From: Tubulanus polymorphus
Lineage: Eukaryota; Animalia; Nemertea
NCBI RefSeq assembly: GCF_964204645.1
Contig: NC_134033.1
Location: forward strand, 13,152,655 to 13,216,654
DNA: 64,000 bases
Reading direction: 5' to 3'
A program made the translations under genes and the position numbers. The notes beneath the pieces were generated by a model. It was not told the DNA's origin. It searched no databases and was given only the letters and a program-made list of their open reading frames with translations. This document shows, one piece after another, positions 49,775-62,887 of this stretch; positions within the stretch are counted from its first letter, which is position 1; each line of letters begins with the position of its first letter.

Positions 49775-52700
49775 CCCGCGGTGCTGTATAGGAATGACTC
49801 GTATCTAAATCTATTATTCTATCAATGATGATGATGATGATATCTATTAATATTATTATTATTATTATAGAAAACAATCGTTTATCTAAACTCATACAAT
49901 ACGTACATAAAAATACGCTAACTCTATAGACTGTATTTACTCCATTCAGCCAGTTTGGATGGCTAAACAAACATCAGGAAGAACGTATTCATTATACAGC
50001 ATTATATCTAACCGCGAAGTCCCCAGTTTCATGAGAAAGTTCCACTCAAATATTAGCTTTAGTTGTTCATTGATTAGTTCATGATTTTCAACAGACTTAG
50101 GAATTGACTTTATTGTGGAACTGGTGGGCTGGTTTTGAACCCGAATTACTACCAGTAATAAGACTGTTTCCAGGCTAGTGTAATTCAAATGACTTTAGGA
50201 GAGTTAAAGTTAAAACTGGTCTGACGTTTCTATGTGCATATTCTGTATTAAGTTCCACACTCATGAGAAACTATTTCAGCGTAAGGTCCGGTTTCACGAA
50301 AAAGTTTTAAACTCAAATTTCTGGTTTTGCTGTCAATCATTACTTCAAATCCAATGAGGACAATATCATAATTCGAACCGATTTGAGCTTTAACTTTACC
50401 GTGAAACTGTATCTTGAACGCCTTCAGCTGGAATCAGTAGATGTTTAGTTAAGGACGCTGTCAAATAGGCTGATGAGTGTAAGAGCCACAACGTTTTCAG
50501 TTAAGCTTGCAAAATGTTTAAACGACGTAGAAATTTGACCAAAGGTTTATCCTAGGCTGTGCTTTTTAGTGAAGGGTGGTTGGGTGTCGTTTATATGTAC
50601 CATATCTTCGGGCTAATGAGCTGACTTTTTCCGGCCATGTAGCCGGACATTTGACCAAAACATGACTGTATAGTGGTGTTTATGAAGGGGATTGAACTTT
50701 TTGAAAACGATTTCTACTGGGTACATATTTTATGGATGTCCTAATCGAGTAGTTTTGGCTGGTGTGTATTTACATGTTTTCGCGTGTTATCATTCACAAG
50801 ATTTTTTTTTTAATACATCAAAGAATGAAAATGGTGGATGTGTTTAATTTATTTCGACAAAGGGTGAATTTGTCGTTTGATTTTGGAACTGCCGGTACTA
50901 ACTTAGAATCTGTAATTGTAGAAGTCAGTTGTAATTGATTAGTGGACCCTATTCACCCTCAGACATTCAATACTTTATCACCATTTAACCTAATTCGATC
51001 ATCCAAGCTTCACATTTTTGATCGAACTTCAGACATCGGGCGATATTTCATAGGCCCGCTTTATGCGTACGTAATAAACGAATGATCCTTAATCGTGACA
51101 TCGCTGAAACAAATGTTGAATGTCTGAGGATGTGGTTCTACTTAGGATTGATAATGCCTGCATTACCCTATAGGGAATTCATGATAATTACTGTATGAAA
51201 TTTATTAAATCCGTGGTGCTTCATTGTGTAATGAGTGAGGAAATTTTTTTTAAATTACTGTGCTGCACGTTGTGATGTGTTGATTGATGAAAGGCCTGCC
51301 GCAGTTCAAAAATCTGTTCTACTATAGGAATAAACGTCTGCCATGTAAGGGAGGTGAAGGTCAGTTTGTAAAAGCCATTACGATTGGCCCATTCATCTTT
51401 ACTTCATTTTATTGACAAACTGATTACTGAGAAGTGACAACTACACAAGCATGCATAAACCCAAGCTACAAACAATAGTTGAGATGACTCGAGTTAGATG
51501 AATAAGATACCGGTATTCTTGTGTAGACTATTGGTCCTTCACTTCCAATTCAAAATGAAGTACCGCGATCGTAATCTTAACTTATATTGATATTGAAATG
51601 GTCTTTGAGATATTGGACAGCAGTGTTTGGGTTGTTTTTTTTTTTACTACAACTCTATAGTAAGGTTCAGCAGTGGTGAATCTGTGTGCGTGTGTGTTAC
51701 ATTATCCGTGCTTCCAATACGTTGAAAATAATAAGGAAAGGGTTCGTTCATTAAGTATCTACGCATTAGTCGAGTCTCCCTACGTTTCTATCTTTTCGAC
51801 AAATGTTTACTTGGGATTGATATAGGTTAGATATATGCGTGGGTATTTTATGAACAGTCCCTAAGCATACTGTATGTATTTGCATGTGTATAAGTATATA
51901 TATATATATATATAAATGAATGTATACCCTCATTTTTTGTCAAGTACCTCATTCTTTATTGAGTGGTTATCGGTAGAAAGTAACACGTACTGTCTTTTCT
52001 TGATTGCCCGAATGCGGATTGCGGGTTTTTGTATGAGCAAAAATATCAATAAGTCACGATGTTCTTGGTCCTGGTTCCACGATGGTTTTGTGAGTTTCAT
52101 ATAGAGTTGATGAGTTACTTCATTTTCATATACGAAATTTCAACTCGAGGAGACTCGCATTTAATCCTCATTTTTTAACCTGGCTCCTGGAACGCTGTGT
52201 TAAGTAGAATTTTCTGGCTTTGTTGCCTATGCCTTGTGTTGCATCTGATATAGAGGACTTGCAGCTATTTTGATATGCCTACGCTGTACTGGTTGGTAAA
52301 CACTGATTTATTTGACAGAATTTCGAAATTTGTAAATCGCCCTTATTACCTTTTATGGTTAACATATGGTAAGTCTCCAGCGCTGGCTAGCCAACAACTA
52401 TAATGTCACGTGTGAGACTTCTATAATATGGTCATGTGTAGACGTTTTACCGTTTTATGGTCAAGTCAAGAAACACACACGAGCCCTTGACTGAGTTCAG
52501 TGCTCTTTTCGGTAGTCTATGCTCGTGTACGCGCTGGGCTTTCAACATTGTGCTACGGTGTTGTTTTTCTGTTATTATTTATTTTTGTGCGCAACTATAT
52601 ATGTTTATTTTCTATGATGAAATCCGGTGCACCGACATCTAAAGAAATGCATGGTAGATTTACAGAAAAATAGGCCAGGTTAGACTGGAGGTGATGCAAA

Positions 52701-54440
52701 TTTTTTATTTTTCTTTTTCTAATTTACTGATTAGTATTGGTGCTGGGACAAAGGAATTTCGTTACAACAAGCTGAAAATTTGTTCATTAATACAACCAAT
52801 GAACTTTCATTAATCAAAATGTTTCATTTTGGTCAGTTCCGATTGTTATATCAGAGTTTGTTATAATGAAGTTCCTCTGCGTACTATCATCATACATTTT
52901 TCAACAACTGCTAGGTCTTGAGGGGTGATTCCACCGCGCTACAGCTTCATACCTGCATAACACTGGTCAATCCAAGGGGAGGTGCAGGGGGTGCGCATCC
53001 CTCCCTGAAAATTTCAAGAAATTTTTCGGCATAATTAAATATATTAAACTGGTAGCTAAAAAAGTTCAAATTCATAAGCTTGTTCTCTGTATTTCCAAAA
53101 AAATGAGTTTATCATTGCCCTTTAAATTTAATGAGATACCGTATTTTGGGGGTGTACCCCTCCCTAAATGGGACCCTAGATCCACCCCTGCATAAGCCTA
53201 ACCTAGTAAAAGTATGATTTGCTGTAGATGCGGGAACTCTCCTCAAGAGGGTGTTGTTACTCTATGATTCCTGTTTTAAACTGTATCCTCTCCTATGATT
53301 ACTGTTTATTCTATGTTATTAGCGATATTCCAGAAACTGTCTTGCACCGAGATCTCCGGTTCCAGCTGTTAGATGTGAATTAAGAGTTTATTTCCGCCAG
53401 TCGCACAGTTCTGAGTTTGAAGAGTTTTTTTTTTTTCATTTTAATTAGGAGTTAACTCTTATTCAAAACTGTGCAACTGGGTCGAGTTATTTAGAATTTA
53501 AACCGAGAGTTAATCCGAACCCAGAACCCAGTTCTGCAGTTGTCAGTTAGATATATGTCCACAGTCAAAAATCTATTTATCGACACATTGAATGCAACTC
53601 TTATAATTCTGGTTGGATCCACTATTACCACTTGAGAGTTGGCTAAGAAAATTAATACCTTGTTTCTCATTTCTGCTGAACTTAAAAAGTCGACCTAGCC
53701 GGCTGCCTATCTATTCTATACATTATTTTTTTTTAAATCATCATACCAGGCAGTTATAGATATTGCAATTTACAAATTTTATTGCAGTTTACAAAAGTAA
53801 CCCGGCCGATCAGGAGAAACAAGGTGTCATTTAATTTTAGCCTTATCTCGTAGTTGATTTTTGTTCGAACAGTGACACCAGTTCTGAGCTATGGTTGACT
53901 ATTTGATCGACCCATTGCCAACTATGAGATAACTCTGGGAATGTTCTGTAAGAATAACTGTGGCAGTCAGTGTCAGCCTAGAGCTTAGGGTTCATACGTA
54001 GAAGAAATCACATCTAGTACGATAGAACCGGGCTCCCGGTGACTGTAAAACTGTGAATCATTATATCCCATGTTAGTTATATCCGGTGGAATGAGATTAA
54101 AAGATTTAAAAAATTTCTAGGATCTTTTTGAGTTCCGTCATTTGCCACTAGGATCGCCACTGTTGCTTTCGCTAGTCCTTTTCCACTAGTTCCGGTTCTA
54201 GTCTTAGTAGTTGAATTTTCAGAGTTGTCGAAAAATTTCCCGTTCACAGACATTTTGTCTGTTTGTATTCGACAGTTTCTTTTTTTGCGGAGAATGTCGT
54301 CAAAATTTGCAATGTATCATAGAGAATTAAAGAGTGATAATGGACTATTTTATATTCCTTTCATTGAACGAATTATAATTCCGATACTTATATCTCGTCT
54401 TGTTTCACTGTAAATTTCGAAACCTCGATGAAAAAATAGT

Positions 54441-57400
54441 CACGGTTTACTATGAGAAATAAAAGCTGAATTGATTTGAAGAAAAGAAAAGTATCTTCGT
54501 CTTGAGTTCATTGCTTGTTTGTAGAATGGATTTGAAGTTGAGACAAAATGCTGAGTTGGTAAAGAGAAGAGATAAACGCGGATATGCCTGTCTGATGCTG
54601 GAAAGGCTAAACAAGGATGTCCCAGGTTCAAACCCAGATATTGATTCTGCATGTGTCCAGATGCTGGGTCTTCCCATCTCCTGCGGTTGGTAATACATTC
54701 CAGGGTTATCAAAAAACGATTAATCAGAGCCCAGATCAAGCCGGTAATTAGTCCCGTTGATAAATGATAGAAATATAGGTAATCAATACGGATTTATACG
54801 ATGTATACACGATCGCCATCTATTAGAATTTCCCGGAACTAACTTTTTTTACGAATTAAAGCTGCATATTCGGTTATTTTAGTCTAGCGCACATGCGCCA
54901 TCTACTGGATAAAGATATAACTGCTGTCGAGCATGAGCTAAGATAATTGTATTATTCTCCTACAATTTCCATGCCACGTAGACGGAACAAATAATTCGGA
55001 GGATGCGGACGACCCACTTTTAAGATCAAAGTCCCAAATTTTTTAGTTCAAAATTTTGTTGTTTTTTTTCACATTCCCGATATTACATAAATATTTTATT
55101 TTTGGTCCAGAAAACGGCCCTCTCAAGCTTCGAATTTCAAAAATTAAGGTTAGAACTTTCAAGCAATTTCAGAAATGCTGGTTAGTCTTCAGCGCTCGGC
55201 GGATAAGGTGCTAAGTATCGGTTTCAGGTTTGTACGGAAATCTCTCCTCCAGGGTATCGGGTCCTGTTACTGAGTTTCTGGTTTATTTGGTCGAAATAAT
55301 ATATTAATATTTGGGCGGATATCGTGCGGTTTCAACAGGTTTTATACAGGATTCATCACGTACAAGATGGTTGGTCACCCCTTACCGCGGAGTTTCCGAT
55401 GTTCGATGTTGGTATGGTGCACGTATTTCAAACTCTAGTTTTCAGAGGTTACACAATCGCTGCAGCACACGACAGATGACAGAAAATCGTCACATCGTGC
55501 AAACCGTTTTTGCTGACGAAGATTATGCTGACCTGCAGCACGCGAAATATCTTTGATCTACACGGATACATGATATTTACCGAAAACCGCTTTCGCGCAC
55601 AGAAAGTTTTAGAACTTCTTTTACAGTAACTGCCTCGAGGCATTTTACTAGTGCAGTAACTTTTCTGCAGTTCTGGATCTGCAGCAACTTTAAAAAGACC
55701 TACAGACAAAGCCGAGGCTTATTTCAAACTAAGAACCTTCGACGATAGGAAATCTTAATTAGGACAATAGAAAATACCAATTTATGCAGATAATTTCGTA
55801 TTCATCATGAAAAATCGATTGTAAACGTTAATTAAGATAGAATCTGAATTTCTAGATTTCTTTAATTCCTGCAGCTCGGAATCGGTTCATAGATTATTGA
55901 GACAATATGAGTTTCACTTATGTGATTTATGTAAGGCCCCATACAAAATGGAAGATACCAAAGATATGCAATAGTTTGGTCGCATTCGCTACATGCAGAA
56001 TTGCGTATACTATGAATATGCGCTGATATTTGTGTGCCCTCTACAAAACTTGATGAGCTTCTCAGTGGCGGATCCAGGAGGTGTCCATGGGGGTCTGGAC
56101 GGTTTAATATGAGAAATAAAAGCTGAATTGATTTGAAGAAAAGAAAAGTATCTTCGTCTTGATTTCATTGCTTGTTTGTAGAATGGATTTGAAGTTGAGA
56201 CAAATTGCAGAGAAGGTAAAGAGAAGAGATAAACGCGGATATCCAATGTTCGAACTCATTATATTGATGATGGTTAATCTCTAAAGTTGTCTGTCTGATG
56301 CTGGAAAGACTAAACAGGGATGTCCCAGGTTCAAACCCAGATATTGATTCTGCGTGTGTCCAGATGCTGAGTCTTCCCATCTCCTGTGGTTGGTAATACA
56401 TTCCAGGGTTATCCAAAAATGATTAATCAGAGCCCAGATTAAGCCGGTAATTAGTCCCGTTGATAATTGATAGAATTAGAAATATAGGTAATCAATACGA
56501 ATTTATACGATGGATACACGATCGCCATCTATTAGAATTTCCAGGAACTAACTGTTTTTACGAATTGAAACTGTATATTCGGTTATCTTAGTCTAGCGCA
56601 CATGCGCCATCTACTAGACAAACATAGGACTGCTGTCGAGCATGAACTAAGATAATTCTATTATTCTCCTACAATTCCCATGCCACGTAGACGGAACAAA
56701 TAATTTGGAGGATACGGACGACCCACTTTTTAGATCCAAGTCCCTTCAAAATTTTGTTTTTTCACATCCCGGAAATATTTTGCCGTATATTGTCCAGAAA
56801 ACGGCCCTCTCAAGCTTCGAATTTCAAAAATTAAGGCTATCTAAGAACTTTCAAGCAATTTCAGAAATACTGGTTAGTCTTCAGCGTTCGGCGGATAAGG
56901 TGCTAAGTATCGGTTTCAGGTTTGTACGGAAATCTCTCCTCCAGGGTATCGGGTCCTGTTACTGAGTTTCTGTTTATTTGGTCGAAATAATATATTGATA
57001 TTTGGGCGGATATCGTGTGGTTTCAATTGGTTTTATTCAGGATTCAACACGCACAAGATGGTTGAATACCCCTTACCGCGGAGTTTCCGATATATGTTTG
57101 ATGTTGGTATGATGCTCTAGTTTTCAGAAGTTACACAATCGCTGCAGCACACGACAGATGACAGAAAATCGTCGCATCGTGCGAACCGTTTTTGCTGACG
57201 AAGATTGTGCTGACCTGCAGCACGCGAAATATCTTTGATCTACACGGATACATGATATTTACCGAAAACCGCTTTCGCGCACAGAAAGTTTTAGAACTTT
57301 TTTTGACGCCTTATAAAACGTTACCATTATGAAACCTAAACAATGCTAACCATTCAGCGTCATTTTACAAACGACAGCCGTAAATCGATGTGCAAAACGT

Positions 57401-60400
57401 CACAGGTTTATGTGTACACAAACAAGCTATCTGGCAAAATATTATTGACATAGATGTAGAATGGCTTCCTGTGATTATATAATGACCTACATTTGAACGT
57501 CGAAATGTTATATTGCATTGAATATCATTAGAAGACGTATTGTAATAGTAAAGGATGTATGATTATATCAGAAGCGGCAGGCATAAATAGAAATGATAAG
57601 TAAATCGGATTATTCGGTTAAATGGCGGATGTATACACGATGCAGAAGTCTGATATAAAAGTCAGACCCTGACGTGGGCATGCCGGTGGAATGACGAAGC
57701 TATCTACGATGTGTGTAGGGCCGGCGTGAATTTCATCAGCGGCTACTAGCGGTCAATATGAAAATGTGTAAACATATAATTTCAATATTCAATCGTTTGT
57801 GAAAATATGTTTGATATTAGGAGTATGCAAGTTTCGTGAGATTAGCAATTTATAATAGCATAGCTGTCATATACGGCTCCGTGTCCTCTGATGGCATGTG
57901 TATTAGGTGACAATTCAATTCAATTCTTTATTGATCCTTATTACATTGAAATTCCGGGATAAAATTCCCAAATTCAATAAATACAAATTTTAAAATAAAT
58001 TAATACAACATACATGACACACGGGTAATTCATACAGAACAACATAAGCATGTTATTTTAAATGACAATGTCTACTTCAACCCACCCAGACTCAAGACTC
58101 TAGGATATCGAGTGACAGCCAAACCCGTGGCCCGGGACCGGGCCGGCTGGCTAGGCCACACATGCTCGAAGTCATGATGAAGCAGACATCAGAAGAGCTC
58201 TTTCTTCATCCATGGAGGCAATGAAGTTGCAGACCAGCTTAGAGGCATAAGTAAATGAAGTCGGTCGCAAGTTCGCGATCAATTATTGAGAATTTTCAAT
58301 AAAAAAATTTAAACCACTACTAGAGTCGAAGACCTGTATCATCTACCCAATCGCCAAATCTCATCATTCCCCAAATTTCTTAAAACTTCGATTTCAAATT
58401 TGCAATTCCACAAGCTTAGCCCAGAAATTCTACATTTTTTCCCAGGCGTCAAATAATTTTCTAAAATTAATTTTCTTGTTTACAGTAACTGCCTCGAGGC
58501 ATTTTACTACTGCAGTAACTTTTCTGCAGTTCTGGATCTGCAGCAACTTCAAATAGACCTACAAAGCTGAGGCTTATTTCAATCTAAGGATTCGACGATA
58601 GGAAATCTTAATTTGGACAATAGAAAATACCAATTAATGCAGATTATTTCGTATTCATCATGAAAAATCGATTGTAAACGTTAATTAAGACAGAATCTGA
58701 ATTTCTTGATTTCTTTAATTCCCGCAGCTCGGAATCGGTTCATAGATTATTGAGACAATATGAGTTTCACTTATGTGATTTATGTAAGGCCCCATACAAA
58801 ATGGAAGATACCAAAGATATGCAATAGTTTGGTCGCATTCTCTACATGCAGAATTGCGTATACTATGAATATGCGCTGATATTTGTGTGCCCTCTGCAAA
58901 ACTTGACGAGCTTCTCAATGGCGGATCCAGGAGGTGTCCATGGGGGTCCGGACGGTTTACTATGAGAAATAAAAGCTGAATTGATTTGAAGAAAAGAAAA
59001 GTATCTTCGTCTTGAGTTCATTGCTTGTTTGTAGAATGGATTTGAAGTTGAAACAAATTGCAGAGAAGGTAAAGAGAAGAGATGAACGCGGATATCCAAT
59101 GTTCGAACTCATTATATTGATGATGGTTAATCTCTAAAGTTGTCTGTCTGATGCTGGAAAGACTAAACAGGGATGTTCCAGGGTACAAACCCAGATATTG
59201 ATTCTGCGTGTGTCCAGATGCTGAGTCTTCCCATCTCCTGTGATTGGTAATACATTCCAGGGTTATCCAAAAATGATTAATCAGAGCCCAGATTAAGCCG
59301 GTAATTAGTCCCGTTGATAATTGATAGAATTAGAAATATAGGTAATCCATACGAATTTATACGATGGATACACGATCGCCATCTATTAGAATTTCCAGGA
59401 ACTAACTGTTTTTACGAATTGAAACTGTATATTCGGTTATCTTAGTCTAGCGCACATGCGCCATCTACTAGACAAACATAGGACTGCTGTCGAGCATGAA
59501 CTAAGATAATTCTATTCTCCTACAATTCCCATGCCACGTAGACGAAAAAATTATTCGGGGGATACGGACGACCCACTTTTTAGATCCAAGTCCCTTCAAA
59601 ATTTTGTTTTTTTCACATCCCGGAAATATTTTGCCGTAAATTGTCCAGAAAACGGCCTCTCAAGCTTCGAATTTCAAAAATTAAGGCTATCTAAGAACTT
59701 TCAAGCAATTTCAGAAATACTGGTTAGTCTTCAGCGTTCGGCGGATAAGGTGCTAAGTATCGGTTTCAGGTTTGTACGGAAATCTCTCCTCCAGGGTATC
59801 GGGTCCTGTTACTGAGTTTCTGTTTATTTGGTCGAAATAATATATTGATATTTTGGCGGATATCGTGTGGTTTCAATTGGTTTTATTCAGGATTCAACAC
59901 GCACAAGATGGTTGAATACCCCTTACCGCGGAGTAACCGTTATATGTTTGATGTTGGTATGATGCTCTAGTTTTCAGAAGTTACACAATCGCTGCAGCAC
60001 ACGACAGATGACAGAAAATCGTCACATCGTGCAAACAGTATTTGCTGACGAATGTGCTGACCTGCAGCACACGAAATATCTTTGATCGTCACGGATACAT
60101 GATATATACCGAAAACCGCTGTCGCGCACAGAAAGTTCTAGCACTTTTTTTACAGTAACTGCCTCGAGGCATTTTACTACTGCAGTAACTTTTCTGCAGT
60201 TCTGGATCTGCAGCAACTTCAAATAGACCTACAAAGCTGAGGCTTATTTCAATCTAAGAATCTTCGACGATAGGAAATCTTAATTAGGACAATAGAAAAT
60301 ACCAATTTATTCAGATTATTTCGTATTCATCATGAAAAATCGATTGTAAACGTTAATTAAGGCAGAATCTGACAATATGAGTTTCACTTTTCGTATGTGA

Positions 60401-60572
60401 TAAACGTTAGGCCCCATACAAAATGGAAGATACCAAAGATATGCAATAGTTTGGTCGCATTCGCTACATGCAGAATTGCGTACACTATGAATATGCGCTG
60501 ATATTTGTGTGCTCTCTGCAAAACTTGACGAGCCTCTCAGTGGCGGATCCAGGAGGTGTCCATGGGGGTCTG
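54441..60572. repeat. Triple tandem duplication of a ~1.65-kb unit
   Basis: Units start ACGGTTTA(C/A)TATGAGAAATAAAAGCTG at ~54442, 56099 and 58952, and end CA(G/A)TGGCGGATCCAGGAGGTGTCCATGGGGGTC. Copy 2 has a ~1.18-kb extra segment. Confidence 0.95.
57302..58478. mobile_element. Insertion in copy 2 with 10-bp asymmetric inverted repeats; contains a reverse LINE/SINE tail
   Basis: Absent from copies 1 and 3. TTTGACGCCT (57302) / AGGCGTCAAA (58444). (CAATT)n-CTTTATTG retroelement tail at ~57911-57940. Confidence 0.6.
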
Positions 60573-60789
60573 ACAAGCTCCCATCAGAATTTCATTTGCA
60601 AAAAAAATCAAAATCCCTCTCATCTAATGTTGCTGATTTGCGTTTTGATTACGAAATGCAAATTTAAAAAAGAATATTAGATTTTTGAAATAAAAGATAT
60701 TTGAAATAAAAAATGAAAATATTTGCTGAATGGAAATTCGTATGGGAACATATCTGCTCGTGTAAAACCCGGAGCCAGTATTACAGGCC

Positions 60790-60872
60790 GGTATTACCTT
60801 TAACTCGGGGGCTCACTTAATTCATTTTCAATTTAATTAGCCCTCGGGTTAAAGGTACCGTAATACCGGTCT
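60790..60872. repeat. Short imperfect hairpin/palindrome
   Basis: CCGGTATTACCTTTAACTCGGGGGCT ... AGCCCTCGGGTTAAAGGTA..GTAATACCGG. Confidence 0.6.
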
Positions 60873-61182
60873 ATAAAACATGTGTGTTGTGTACATGTAT
60901 AATGATTATACGTTTAACTCAAATAGGGGCATTTGTTTTATGATCGGTTTGCACAAACCGTCTCGGTTCGTAAGAAAATCGTCTTTGTTCATATCGGTTT
61001 ACAACCTGGTTTTGATAAACCAGTGTCTTTGTTTAGGCGTAAACCTAAACGGTTTGCATAAAACGCCTAAACCGTTGTTTTTCCTTATTCCTCTGTTTCG
61101 TTTGTCACGCTGTTTTCATATAGATTTGGTAATTATCCGTTCAACCTGACCATAATGAGCTATTCCCGAGTGGCAGGACGCC

Positions 61183-61322
61183 ATGAGTTTTTTTTTAATT
61201 TTCATAATCCAATTCATTAACCGCAAACTAATATGAGATACACAAAAAGAAATGAATTTTGTGTATCTCATATCATTTTCCTGTTAATGAATTGGATAAG
61301 ATGAAAATTGAAAAAAACTCAT
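61183..61322. repeat. ~140-bp imperfect palindrome (foldback MITE)
   Basis: ATGAGTTTTTTT...ATATGAGATACACAAAA / TTTTGTGTATCTCATAT...AAAAAAACTCAT. Confidence 0.8.
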
Positions 61323-61476
61323 TAGTAATGAGTGAACAAACTAAAACTAGACGAACTGCGAAAATCAAGAATTTCTTCTGTTGCGTCATCATTTTTTTCT
61401 TTTCGTTGAATTTGTAACGTACGCGTGTTTACTAGAATCATTTGAAGATTTTCCGACTCGACAGCACGAATTTTCT

Positions 61477-61500
61477 GATTGGACCTGATTTGACCAATAA
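61477..61500 (+). promoter_or_regulatory. Paired CCAAT boxes just upstream of the CUB gene
   Basis: ctgATTGGac and gaCCAATaa within 25 bp of each other, 45-70 bp before the ATG. Confidence 0.35.
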
Positions 61501-61544
61501 ACGATTCGATAAAGCTTGGCAAATTTCTTCATCGTGTCACAGTG

Positions 61545-62771
61545 ATGTTGTTCGGTATGGAGCAGCGACTAAGAGCGCTGTTTACGGCGTCGCTGATCGT
61601 CCGTCATGTTTTCATCGCACGCGCTGATCGCGCAGACTCTATCGAGGAATCGTCTGTGACGGTAAGCTCGTCTTGTAACGACACTTGGTACCCCGTTGAT
61701 TCTACGTCCGGTTACATCGTTTCACCGAATTATCCGTCGTTAACGCGCGGTGTTGAATGTGGTTGGTTCATCAACAGCTCTTTACCGGGGACTTTTCACT
61801 CCCAGGCATACTACAACATCGAGCCGTCAATATTCTGCAGTGATAACTACCTTCTCTTTGAGTCTGATAACAGATTCTGTGGTGATGGAAAACATGAAAT
61901 TCACCGTAACAACTGGATCTCGTTGATGTTTAGGAGTAACGTCGATGGTGCGCGAGGTAGTCGGGTTTATATCATATATCGTTATGAACGAAGCCGATTG
62001 AAAATAAGTCACAACTGCGGGAAATATAATCTTAAAATGAATGAATTGGAAACGTCGACAGGATACAAATACACTATAAGCCGAATAAAGATTTGTCAAT
62101 TGTTTATGGAATGGATCGGAATACCAGATGGTTTTGCTATGAACCTGACTTTATGCAAGTTAACTCTTATTCTACAACCAGCTGCTGATCCAGCGACGAC
62201 TCTAAATATCTATGACGGATGGAAAACCAGTGAACCTATAGCTCTTGTGCGAGAACAAGCCGGACATCCACCTTCATCATTTTATACGAAAACAAATAAT
62301 GTCATCATCTCTTTACTATATCATCGAGTGTGGAGATGTCAGTTACAGCTTTTAGTTCGGATGTACAAAATATCAGATTGGAACGTCTCTAATCCGTTGA
62401 TTCAGATCTCTAATAACGAATCGGGAGTGCTCATTCCCGGTGACAAGAGTTTACACGTAATAACTCGATCAAAACACTTACACTGCTGGTCTATCTCAGT
62501 GCAGGTGTTACAGTACGTCGTCTTCAACTGGACACGTGATCTCGTCACGTCCGGTGATGTCATTGGTGTCTATAAACTAGAAGGTTTACGCGTTGTAGGA
62601 ACAGATATTCTACTTGGTTACAACTACCTGGAATCACTAGGCGTCAAATCTGACGGATTTCTCGTCATATTGTGCGTTTTAATGAGGGCTGATGTTATGA
62701 TGTCGAAACCGGAAATATTCTACAAAATGAATTCGCTATCAATCGTTGATCTTCATGTTGGGACATTTGTG
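61545..62771 (+). CDS. Extracellular multi-CUB-domain protein, first coding exon
   Basis: Long ORF with CUB signature SGYIVSPNYP...CGWFI...CSDNYL...RFCG...SLMFRS and further degenerate CUB-like segments (LNIYDG, CWSISV). GTG|GTAAGT donor at 62771/62772. Start codon (61545 or 61557) and signal peptide are uncertain. Confidence 0.8.
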
Positions 62772-62887
62772 GTAAGTGCTGTGGTAAGAACTGTGCCGGT
62801 TTTGGCGGAGTCTACTGTAGTTTGAAATGTTTGCATGTTTTACAATAATTGACGATATGGAACACATGACATTTTTTGCTGTTACAG

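Noticed and set aside
54440-60576. Recurrent short ORFs in the triple duplication
   Set aside because: Indels between copies do not preserve frame, and there are no recognisable domains.
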